A stretch of DNA of 27,859 nt from a virus (IMGVR_UViG_3300033433_000028:1-27859); one strand, 5' to 3'; counted from the stretch's first letter, positions 1-7,394 are shown. Numbers and translations are program-made. Notes: generated by a model from the letters alone, not told the origin.

Positions 1-21
1 AAAAATACGATTAATAAATAG

Positions 22-556
22 TTACCCGCAATCAGGCTCGGCTCGGCTGCGGTACAATTAAATAGGCGGGCGCAAAGGAGAAAAGTAAATGAGAACCATT
101 GAAGAAAAATATTTGAACGATCCGGAATTCCACTCTTTAGTAGATATGATGTACCATTTGATTGGCACAAAAGATTATTCGCCTTCCGAATTAAGAGAAG
201 CTGCAATGCTTGCGTCTATCAAATTTCAGATGGTAAACGCAAGAAAATACGTTTTTACATATGCGGAAGGCGAAAAGGTAATACATGAAATTGATCGATT
301 AAGGGAGGAAATACAATTAAAGATGCAGCCGATTGCGCCCGCTAAGACAGAGGAATCGCGATGAATAGAGCGAGCCGAGCCAGCGGGCCTTACAGGCCCT
401 TCATTGCGGGTAACGCGAGCGAACTCTTTGCCTTGCTGCCCGTCATGTCCGCCGAGCCTGACAGACGGGCAACAAGTCGAAGTTTGCCATCCTGACACCA
501 TGGCAAAAACAGAATGAACGCGAGTGGTGTCAGGACGGGCAAACCGTTCGCTCGCG
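22..556 (+). mobile_element. Putative integron-like gene cassette 1 (535 bp)
   Basis: Starts at G|TTACCCGCAAT (21-32), the exact reverse complement of ATTGCGGGTAAC (403-414). Contains one gene with an RBS, followed by an AAC...GTT palindrome (412-558). Confidence 0.65.
89..364 (+). CDS. Hypothetical protein (91 aa), cassette 1 cargo
   Basis: AAAGGAG RBS upstream of the ATG; fills the cassette; no recognisable domain. Confidence 0.8.
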   Translation: MRTIEEKYLNDPEFHSLVDMMYHLIGTKDYSPSELREAAMLASIKFQMVNARKYVFTYAEGEKVIHEIDRLREEIQLKMQPIAPAKTEESR

Positions 557-558
557 TT
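412..558. repeat. attC-like branched palindrome 1
   Basis: Outer stem AACGCGAGCGAAC (412-424)/GTTCGCTCGCGTT (546-558) is a perfect 13 bp. It encloses hairpins 432-476 and 482-544. Confidence 0.8.
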
Positions 559-1140
559 GTCCAAAACGACCCCGCCAGCTATGCTGCGGGACGAATTAAA
601 TAGTTTGGCGCTGGAGAAACTTATGGGAATATGCAAAGAGTGTCACGGTCAACCGCTAAGATATGGAATGGCTCCACATCATCACGATATCAAACGAACC
701 GGCTCCATTATAGGAAGCACTGTGCTTGTACCTAAAGAATCTTGGCCTAAAAACTTTTCTCCCGATCCTGAAGAAGAGGGAGCCGGTATTTATACATGTG
801 AGCATTGCAATGGAACTGGCAAAGAACCCTTGGAGCCGTATGATGAAGACGAGTGCCCGCATCAATATCGTTTCGAACATCGAGGATATTTAAGATGCAG
901 AAATTGCGGCGCAGTCTATAATGAATCAACTTGCGAATGGGAAAAAGCGCCAAATGAATAATTTTGGAATCGCAATGAATAGAATAGCTGGCGGGTCGGC
1001 CTTCCAGGCCTTCGTTTTGACCAACGCATCGCGCCGATCGTCGGTCTGGTCGATTACGCACGCGACGTGCGCATCGACCAACCCGTCGCAAGGTGCCACG
1101 CCCACCGAAGCGGTGTGGCGCAGCACCTCTGCGCGATGCG
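557..1140 (+). mobile_element. Putative integron-like gene cassette 2 (584 bp)
   Basis: Starts at G|TTGTCCAAAACGA (556-569), complementary at 12 of 14 positions to TCGTTTTGACCAAC (1012-1025). One gene; same motif layout as cassette 1. Confidence 0.65.
623..961 (+). CDS. Cys-rich putative zinc-binding protein (112 aa), cassette 2 cargo
   Basis: GGAG RBS at 613-616 favours ATG 623 over 524. Motifs CKEC, CEHCNGTG (CxxCxGxG) and CPH...CRNC. Confidence 0.75.
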   Translation: MGICKECHGQPLRYGMAPHHHDIKRTGSIIGSTVLVPKESWPKNFSPDPEEEGAGIYTCEHCNGTGKEPLEPYDEDECPHQYRFEHRGYLRCRNCGAVYNESTCEWEKAPNE

Positions 1141-1142
1141 AT
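1023..1142. repeat. attC-like branched palindrome 2
   Basis: CGCATCGCGC (1025-1034)/GCGCGATGCG (1131-1140) stem encloses hairpins 1047-1080 and 1091-1128. Begins at AAC and ends at GAT. Confidence 0.75.
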
Positions 1143-1173
1143 GTGTCGAAATGGCCCCCTTGAGGAAATTTAA

Positions 1174-1605
1174 ATGAGTGGCGGAATAAAAAGCAAAAGA
1201 TCGGGTGATTTTGGCGAATCCGTTGCTCGCTACGCGCTCAGGGAATTCGGCGTGCGCATGATTGAAAAAGTCAATACTCCATGGAAAGTATTGTGGAAAA
1301 ACGGTCACCCGGCCCAGGCGTTCGTCATTGAAAAGGTTTCCGGCGACTTCATCGGGATCGGTGCGGGTGGCAAGAAGGTTCTTGTCGAAGTGAAATTCCG
1401 GGACAATTGCCTTTCGTTGTCCGACTTTGAAAAACACCAGATCGACGCGCTCGAAGAAAATAATCAGCTCGGCGGGATCTCGCTTGTTGTGTGGGTGACG
1501 CACAAAACGTGGAATATTTACTATTGGCCGTCCATGGTCCTTAAAAAAGGCGCGCCGATCAAACCGGGAGAAAAACAAGGACTACAAATGTCGAGAGAAT
1601 ATTAA
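1174..1605 (+). CDS. RecU-like Holliday junction resolvase (PD-(D/E)XK nuclease)
   Basis: G..FGE N-terminus, GDFIG...LVEVK catalytic motif, and LSDFEKHQIDAL as seen in the RecU family. Confidence 0.75.
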   Translation: MSGGIKSKRSGDFGESVARYALREFGVRMIEKVNTPWKVLWKNGHPAQAFVIEKVSGDFIGIGAGGKKVLVEVKFRDNCLSLSDFEKHQIDALEENNQLGGISLVVWVTHKTWNIYYWPSMVLKKGAPIKPGEKQGLQMSREY

Positions 1606-1625
1606 CATTAACTGAGGAGGTTGCG

Positions 1626-2237
1626 ATGGATTTGAAAGATATGTTCGCTGACGAGAGTATTTGCGTTCGGAAAGCCGACAAAGAACTATTCGTCCCGCTG
1701 GCTGGTGAAGAGCGCGAAGCGGCGGTCACGGATTTGACAGGCGCTATAAAGCGCCGGAGCGACCTGCAGGACCGCAAAAAATCGTTAGACACTTCATTAT
1801 CCGACCAGATCAAAACCGAGGACGGATATATCGTCAACATCGGCGAAAAGCTTCGCGAGGGCGTTCTCCGTAAAATTGAATGCAAGGAATTCTTTTTCTG
1901 GAAAGCCGGAAAAGTTTATACGATCCGCATGGATACCGGGGAAATCATTGGAGAGCGCGCCGTAACCCCCGAGGACGCCCAAACAAAGTCGACCGATATC
2001 GAAGTTCCGACCAGGGAAATCCCCGAAGATTTCAAAACAAAGATCCTTGCACTTGAGGACAAAACCGAAAAGACCGGCGCCGAAGAAACGGATGTTGAGA
2101 TTATCGAAAACATCACGAGCGGGGGCGAAGCGGTCGAGACATCCGACCAGGCCGAACAATCCGGCGGCAATGGCGACGATGGTCCTGTCGATCAAAATTA
2201 TAAATCGGCAGACGAACCGAAAGAAAAAGCGGCATAG
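1626..2237 (+). CDS. Hypothetical phage protein with acidic C-terminal tail
   Basis: GAGGAGG RBS; 203 aa ORF in an operon-like arrangement. Confidence 0.75.
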   Translation: MDLKDMFADESICVRKADKELFVPLAGEEREAAVTDLTGAIKRRSDLQDRKKSLDTSLSDQIKTEDGYIVNIGEKLREGVLRKIECKEFFFWKAGKVYTIRMDTGEIIGERAVTPEDAQTKSTDIEVPTREIPEDFKTKILALEDKTEKTGAEETDVEIIENITSGGEAVETSDQAEQSGGNGDDGPVDQNYKSADEPKEKAA

Positions 2238-2239
2238 AT

Positions 2240-2377
2240 ATGACCGACCGAGAAATAAGGATCGAGTCGATGAAGCCGTTATTTTCCCCGAGGTCTATTA
2301 TGCGATATCTGGACCTTGACGGGAAAGACGAGTCCGTCATCCGAAAATTCCAGAAAGGACCAGAACGTGAAAAATAA
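2240..2377 (+). CDS. Small hypothetical protein (45 aa)
   Basis: Hand-translated MTDREIRIESMKPLF...EREK. Starts 2 nt after the upstream stop and overlaps the next start. Confidence 0.4.
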   Translation: MTDREIRIESMKPLFSPRSIMRYLDLDGKDESVIRKFQKGPEREK

Positions 2378-2600
2378 ATTAGCAGATTTGAACGATCACC
2401 TGTTCGCCCAGCTTGAGCGGCTGAGTGATGAGGAGATCACCAGCGAAAAGCTCGATGCCGAACTCAGTAGAACCGAAGGAATTTGTAAAATTGCCCGACA
2501 CATCATCGATAATGGCCAGCTTGTGCTCGATGCGAACGTCGCCATACAGGAGCATAATACGGGAAGAATTCCGCAACTCGTCGGACCGGTGGAAAAATAA
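2367..2600 (+). CDS. Conserved phage protein (KNKLxDLNxHLFAQLERL type), usual partner of a downstream HNH protein
   Basis: GTG start at 2367 with AAAGGA RBS; recognisable N-terminal motif. Confidence 0.75.
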   Translation: MKNKLADLNDHLFAQLERLSDEEITSEKLDAELSRTEGICKIARHIIDNGQLVLDANVAIQEHNTGRIPQLVGPVEK

Positions 2601-3238
2601 TGAAGGGGAAAAGATTGTTGTTTTCAAAAGAGCAAATCGCTTTCATTAAAAAGTTCTATCGGAAATTTCCTCCCAAATATGTCGCCGAAGGATTAAATGA
2701 ATGCTTCAATTTGGATTTGAAAGAAGGCCAGGTTCGATCGTTCATTCATAATCACGGTATCAAATCGGGTCGGAACTGCTGTTTTCAAAAAAACCATCTG
2801 CCATGGAACTACGGAACCAGGGGAATGGGAATTTGCAAAGGGAACTCCGGAAACTTTAAGAAAGGGCACATCTCGCAAAATCGGAAGCCGCTTTGGAGCG
2901 AGCGGATTGATCCTGACGGATATGTCTGGATCAAGGTCCAGAAGCACGATCCCAATACCGGATCCCCGACGCGGTACATGCTCAAGCATGCCTGGGTTTG
3001 GGAAAAAGTATACGGTAAACCTCCCAAGGGGTCGAATATTGTTTTTAAAGACGGGAATCGGACCAATTGCGATATTAAAAATCTTATTCTCGTTTCTGAT
3101 GCCGAATTAGCGGTAATGAATAGGCATGAAGGCTTTGGCGCTGCGCCTGCAGAACTTAAAGAGTCGATAATCATGTTGACAAAATTAAAAGTAAAAGCGT
3201 CAACCTTAAACCGGGCGAATTCGGGAAGGACTCTATGA
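2600..3238 (+). CDS. HNH endonuclease-like protein (HNH_3 type)
   Basis: HAWVWE...GKPPKG.NIVFKDGNRTNCDIKNL motif; FQKNHLPWN and FKKGH repeats. Confidence 0.8.
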   Translation: MKGKRLLFSKEQIAFIKKFYRKFPPKYVAEGLNECFNLDLKEGQVRSFIHNHGIKSGRNCCFQKNHLPWNYGTRGMGICKGNSGNFKKGHISQNRKPLWSERIDPDGYVWIKVQKHDPNTGSPTRYMLKHAWVWEKVYGKPPKGSNIVFKDGNRTNCDIKNLILVSDAELAVMNRHEGFGAAPAELKESIIMLTKLKVKASTLNRANSGRTL

Positions 3239-3690
3239 CCTTTTTTCCTGTTGAAAAACCGTGCGATAAATGCGGCCGGGAATTCCTCGCCTCGATTCCG
3301 GGGCAAACAACCTGTACGCAGTGTCTTATTATCCCGAGCCGGAAAAATATTATAAGGCCCGAACAAACAATAAAACCAGAAGGAGAAATTATGGCTATCA
3401 CAGCGGAAGAAAAAATATGCATTGATTGCAAAAAACCGTTCAAGCCGACCAGCAATGTTCAGAAACGGTGTCTGGATTGCGGCAAGATTCATGCTCGGGA
3501 ATATGGAAAAACTTATAGGAGGCCCTCTTCGGAAGGTCGACCAAAAGCTACCACGCCTCCGAAGCTAACAAAGATTGAAACCGTAGGAGGCGACGACTCT
3601 GTGGTCCTTCGCATGCTCGTCGCCGCCGGTTTAGTGACGGAAGAAAAAATCCAAGCCGCCCGGGAAATTGTTGGGAAGTTGAAAGCATAG
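3235..3690 (+). CDS. Hypothetical protein with two zinc-ribbon-like CxxC pairs
   Basis: CDKC..CTQC and CIDC..CLDC; ATGA overlap with the upstream gene. Confidence 0.7.
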   Translation: MTFFPVEKPCDKCGREFLASIPGQTTCTQCLIIPSRKNIIRPEQTIKPEGEIMAITAEEKICIDCKKPFKPTSNVQKRCLDCGKIHAREYGKTYRRPSSEGRPKATTPPKLTKIETVGGDDSVVLRMLVAAGLVTEEKIQAAREIVGKLKA

Positions 3691-3725
3691 AATTGTTTTA
3701 AAACCAAAACCAGAAAGGGCACATC

Positions 3726-5210
3726 ATGCTAATCAAAATCACAAACATCGTTCCGTCCCCATTTCAGAAGCGGACGGAATTCACGAACATCGAGAGCCTG
3801 GCAGCCGATATAAAAGCACAGGGGCTTTTGTCGCCGATTATCGTGCGCCGGACGCTGGATGATCCGGAAAATAAATACGAACTGATTGCCGGAGAGCGGC
3901 GTCTGCGCGCTTATCGATTGCTCGCAATCGATAACGGAAACTATTCCGAAATCGAGGCAGTGGTCCGCAAGGATTGCAGCGACGACGAAGCGCAGTCGAT
4001 TCACCTCTCCGAGAACCTGCAGCGCGAGGGAATATCGCCGCTTGAAGAGGCCGCCGAACTCGCGCAGCTCCTCGAGCATTGCACGCTCAAACAGGCCGCG
4101 GAATATCTCGGACGGTCCGCTGGCTGGATCGCAAAACGCGCGAACCTCGCGAAGCTCTGCCCGAAGTTTATGGCCGCTTATGCCAAGAACGATAAAATCA
4201 AGTTGTGGCCCATCGAAGCCCTTGAGCTCGTCGCTCGCATGCCTGCGAAGGTGCAGGAAGATATTCTCTCCCGAAATGATCGTCATGTTCCTACGGTTAA
4301 AGAATTGGCAAAAGAAATAGCCGGGCGCATCATGAAACTTTCATCGGCGACCTGGCCAAAGGACGACTGCCAGAAATGCCAGAAACGGACCGCGGCCGCC
4401 CCGGACCTGTTTGCTGAAATAAGCGTGGAAAAAGACGACCGTTGTCTTGATGCCAAATGCTTGGGCGAGCACACGGAGGCGGCGCTCAAGGCAAAAATGA
4501 CCGAACTTAAGAAGGGCTGGGAAAAATTCTTTACCGTCGAAGGCGATTATAACGAATTCGACCCGATCCCCCGAAACAGCGAATTGAAAAATGGCGCGTT
4601 GAGTAGGTGGCAGATCAAAAAGGTGAAGGCCGGAACAAAAGGCGCGGTCCCCGCCCTGGTCGTCGGAGGAGCCGGGATCGGAGAAACGATTTATATCAAG
4701 CCGAATGAAGATTATACCGACAGGTCCGCGGCTCCAAAGGCTCCAAAATCGATGAAGGAAAAGCGGGCAGGACTGGAGAAGAGGCGGGTTGTAAAATATA
4801 TCGGCATGCTTATCGCGATCATCGAAAAAATGGTCAAGGAAAAAATCGAGTTTCCGTATAAAACAATCGTCCCGCTTGTGTCTCTTTTCGGCGCAAAAAC
4901 ATTAAAGGGCGAAGAATCTCGATATGCCTCGAGTCCTTGGAAAAAAGTCTGCGAAGCATCCCCGATTGAATTGTTTGCATTTATAGCGCCCTGCATTATA
5001 TATCATCTTCAAACGCAAATTTCCTGCGGTAATCCAAATAAAAAAGAAGTCGACATGCTTTCCGAATACCTCGGGATTCAATGCGATCGCGTATACGCCG
5101 ACGCGGTCGCCGAGATTCCAGAGCCGAAGAGTTGGGCAAAGGATCCGCCGGAACCGAAAACCGAGAAACCGGAAAAAAGGAAATCGACGAAGAAAGAAAA
5201 CAAACAATGA
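3726..5210 (+). CDS. ParB/RepB/Spo0J-family protein (494 aa)
   Basis: GLLSPIIVR, YELIAGERRLRA and ENLQRE motifs, an HTH (LKQAAEYLGRSAGWI), then a Cys cluster CQKC..CLDAKC and a long C-terminus. Confidence 0.9.
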   Translation: MLIKITNIVPSPFQKRTEFTNIESLAADIKAQGLLSPIIVRRTLDDPENKYELIAGERRLRAYRLLAIDNGNYSEIEAVVRKDCSDDEAQSIHLSENLQREGISPLEEAAELAQLLEHCTLKQAAEYLGRSAGWIAKRANLAKLCPKFMAAYAKNDKIKLWPIEALELVARMPAKVQEDILSRNDRHVPTVKELAKEIAGRIMKLSSATWPKDDCQKCQKRTAAAPDLFAEISVEKDDRCLDAKCLGEHTEAALKAKMTELKKGWEKFFTVEGDYNEFDPIPRNSELKNGALSRWQIKKVKAGTKGAVPALVVGGAGIGETIYIKPNEDYTDRSAAPKAPKSMKEKRAGLEKRRVVKYIGMLIAIIEKMVKEKIEFPYKTIVPLVSLFGAKTLKGEESRYASSPWKKVCEASPIELFAFIAPCIIYHLQTQISCGNPNKKEVDMLSEYLGIQCDRVYADAVAEIPEPKSWAKDPPEPKTEKPEKRKSTKKENKQ

Positions 5211-5392
5211 TCCGATGTCCATTCGAAAACCATTGCACGGAAGAGGATATGTGCCGACTTACACCGAAGGTCCGTGAATCAATAATCTGCAAATATACAA
5301 AGCGGGTCGGCGTCGCACTGAATATTGAAACGCGGCGAAGGCATTTGAGAGAATGCGCGACAAAGAAAGGGATTAATCATGCCATTAAATGA
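5207..5392 (+). CDS. Small Cys-containing hypothetical protein (61 aa)
   Basis: ATGA coupling with the ParB stop codon; fills the gap to the next gene. Confidence 0.55.
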   Translation: MIRCPFENHCTEEDMCRLTPKVRESIICKYTKRVGVALNIETRRRHLRECATKKGINHAIK

Positions 5393-6077
5393 AAGCCGGG
5401 GCCAAATGTATCCGTGGGTGACCCATACCCATACGCATCTCGGCGGCGAATGCCCGCACGCATGTTCATATTGCTACGTCGATACCGGCTTCATGAATAC
5501 CCCGCGCCCGAAACGGTATTGCGGCCCGCTGCGCCTTATCGAGGAGGAATTCAAGGTCGATTATGGCGCCGGCAAGACGATTTTTATCGAGCATAAAAAT
5601 GATCTTTTTTGCGCTGACGTCCCGCAGGAATTTATAAATCGAATTATCGTGCATTGCTTGAGCTACCCCGACAATACCTACGTTTTTCAGACGAAAAACC
5701 CGGCCCGATATTTGACAATGGACGCACTTTTGCCGGAAGGGTCGATTCTCGGCACTACCATCGAGACAAATCGGGATATGTCGAAAATAAGTAAGGCGCC
5801 AACTGCAGGAGAAAGGGCGCTTGCAATGTGTAGGCTTCCAAAAGAGATAAGAAAATTCGTTACGATTGAACCGGTCCTCGACTTTGACGTGGACATACTC
5901 GCCGGATGGATCGCCGATATCCGCCCGGAGTTTCTCAATCTTGGAGCCGACAGCAAGGGACACAATCTGCCGGAGCCGCCGATTGAGAAAATTTACGCGC
6001 TGATCGAGAAGCTCAAGGGGTACGGAATCGAATTGAGGGAAAAGCACAATTTGGAAAGATTGAAACGAATCAAATAA
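5379..6077 (+). CDS. DUF5131 / phage Gp37-Gp68-like radical SAM protein
   Basis: CPHACSYC (CxxxCxxC), DLF, FQTKNP, GTTIE, FVTIEP and GADS motifs. Confidence 0.8.
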   Translation: MPLNESRGQMYPWVTHTHTHLGGECPHACSYCYVDTGFMNTPRPKRYCGPLRLIEEEFKVDYGAGKTIFIEHKNDLFCADVPQEFINRIIVHCLSYPDNTYVFQTKNPARYLTMDALLPEGSILGTTIETNRDMSKISKAPTAGERALAMCRLPKEIRKFVTIEPVLDFDVDILAGWIADIRPEFLNLGADSKGHNLPEPPIEKIYALIEKLKGYGIELREKHNLERLKRIK

Positions 6078-6167
6078 TCCGTGGGGACGTACACCCCGCC
6101 GGCGCTGGTAATGGCCGGAATGCGGCAGGAGCGGCCTCCTGGTTAATGGTATGACCATGGTTGATGG

Positions 6168-6190
6168 ACCCTGCCGCAGCGGGTTTTTAT
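6168..6190 (+). terminator. Possible intrinsic terminator within a structured intergenic region
   Basis: ACCCTGC-CGCA-GCGGGT imperfect stem followed by TTTTAT. Confidence 0.35.
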
Positions 6191-6201
6191 AGAAAGGGAA
6201 T

Positions 6202-6642
6202 ATGATTAAGAATTATACGTCCGACGTTCAGGTTGTTCGGTCTGTCGATCATATTGAAAGCAAACTCGTTGAGGCGGGCGCAACGAACGTCATGAAGCTT
6301 TATAAAGACAAATCGATCTCGGGAATAGCGTTCATTCTCGATTTCAACGGTAAACAATATCCGTTCAAATTGCCGGCCAGGGTCGAAGAAGTGGAAAAGA
6401 TTTTTGCTGCGAGACAAAAACGGAATAGAACACTGACGGAATCAATGAGGGCTCAGGCGCACCGCACCGCATGGAAACTTCTCTCAGATTGGGTTGATAT
6501 TCAATGCTCATTCATCGAAATGAAGCAGTCTCAATTCATGGAAATTCTGATGGCGTTTATTTATAACCCAATGAAAGACGAGACGCTTTTTCAATCATGG
6601 GAGAAAAGTGGTCGATTTGCCGAGTTGGAGTATAAACGATGA
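6202..6642 (+). CDS. Conserved hypothetical phage protein
   Basis: 146 aa; QAHRTAWKLLSDWV...Q motif recurrent in phage hypothetical proteins; purine-rich RBS. Confidence 0.75.
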   Translation: MIKNYTSDVQVVRSVDHIESKLVEAGATNVMKLYKDKSISGIAFILDFNGKQYPFKLPARVEEVEKIFAARQKRNRTLTESMRAQAHRTAWKLLSDWVDIQCSFIEMKQSQFMEILMAFIYNPMKDETLFQSWEKSGRFAELEYKR

Positions 6643-6983
6643 AAGCCCTCTCCATTCAACAGCCCTGGGCCTGGGCGATATTCCACGGCAAGCCCGTCGA
6701 GAATCGTTCATGGTATACGTCGGTTCGTGGGCGGATTTTAATTCACACAGGAAAAAAAGTAGATACCGAAGCGTTCTTTTGGATTGAAGACAAATTCGGA
6801 TTGATAATCCCCCATGACCTTCCAACCGGCGGAATTGTCGGAGAGGTTGAACTGTACGATTGCGTTAAAAAATTCGATAGCCAATGGTTTTTCGGTCCCT
6901 GGGGCTTTTTAATGCGCAATCAAAAGGAATTACCATTCCGATCATGTCGTGGACAGCTCGGATTTTTCGAGGTTCCGGAATGA
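6639..6983 (+). CDS. ASCH domain protein
   Basis: MKALSIQQPWAWAIFHGKPVENRSW...RGRILIH...GQLGFF, the classic ASCH signature. Confidence 0.9.
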   Translation: MKALSIQQPWAWAIFHGKPVENRSWYTSVRGRILIHTGKKVDTEAFFWIEDKFGLIIPHDLPTGGIVGEVELYDCVKKFDSQWFFGPWGFLMRNQKELPFRSCRGQLGFFEVPE

Positions 6984-7279
6984 ACGTCACCCGAGCCGCG
7001 AAAATCCTGTGTATAGCCCCCGAGACTGTCCGGCGGCTCATCCGGTCCGGGATTCTCAGGGCTGAAAAGCGCGGGCGGGCGCATGCCCTGGACGTCCAGC
7101 TTTCGGACGATCACCGCCTTACGGTCAGGGCATTGGCGGATTGTATGCATTGCTCGCCGCGCTGGGTGCGGTATCTCATTCAGCGCCAGGCGCTGCGGTC
7201 GGAGAGGATCGGGAGGGCGCATCGGATATCAGTGGCGGAGGGAATTAAACTTATGCAAATCAGACTGAAAAACTCATGA
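6980..7279 (+). CDS. Tandem excisionase/MerR-like HTH DNA-binding protein (99 aa)
   Basis: Two repeats: VTRAAKILCIAPETVRRLIRSGILRAEKRGRAH and VRALADCMHCSPRWVRYLIQRQALRSERIGRAH; ATGA-coupled start at 6980. Confidence 0.8.
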   Translation: MNVTRAAKILCIAPETVRRLIRSGILRAEKRGRAHALDVQLSDDHRLTVRALADCMHCSPRWVRYLIQRQALRSERIGRAHRISVAEGIKLMQIRLKNS

Positions 7280-7394
7280 AAAATATTCCAAAATTATTCT
7301 GCGTTGATTTCGCTGCTACTCTACGGAATAGTACCCCATTATGATCAATAAATACTGAGTTATACTTTAAGGCGTCTTGTTCTGGTTTCTGGTT

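Noticed and set aside
46-369. Known small ribozyme core (hammerhead or hairpin) in the conserved motifs
   Set aside because: No CUGAUGA/GAAA or AGAA/GUC core could be found by eye on either strand. An Rfam search is still needed.
352-1142. CRISPR array, tRNA or simple terminator interpretation of the repeats and hairpins
   Set aside because: No regularly spaced direct repeats, no cloverleaf or T-loop motif and no U-tracts. The long-range arms around whole genes are not explained by any of these.
921-1163. 80-aa ORF spanning the second palindrome (and 226-636 on the minus strand over the first)
   Set aside because: They run through GC-rich structured non-coding elements that are open by chance, with no supporting RBS or protein features.
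7300-7370. Sigma70 promoter upstream of terS
   Set aside because: TTGATT (7304) and TATACT (7361) lack properly spaced partner boxes, so a promoter cannot be placed confidently.
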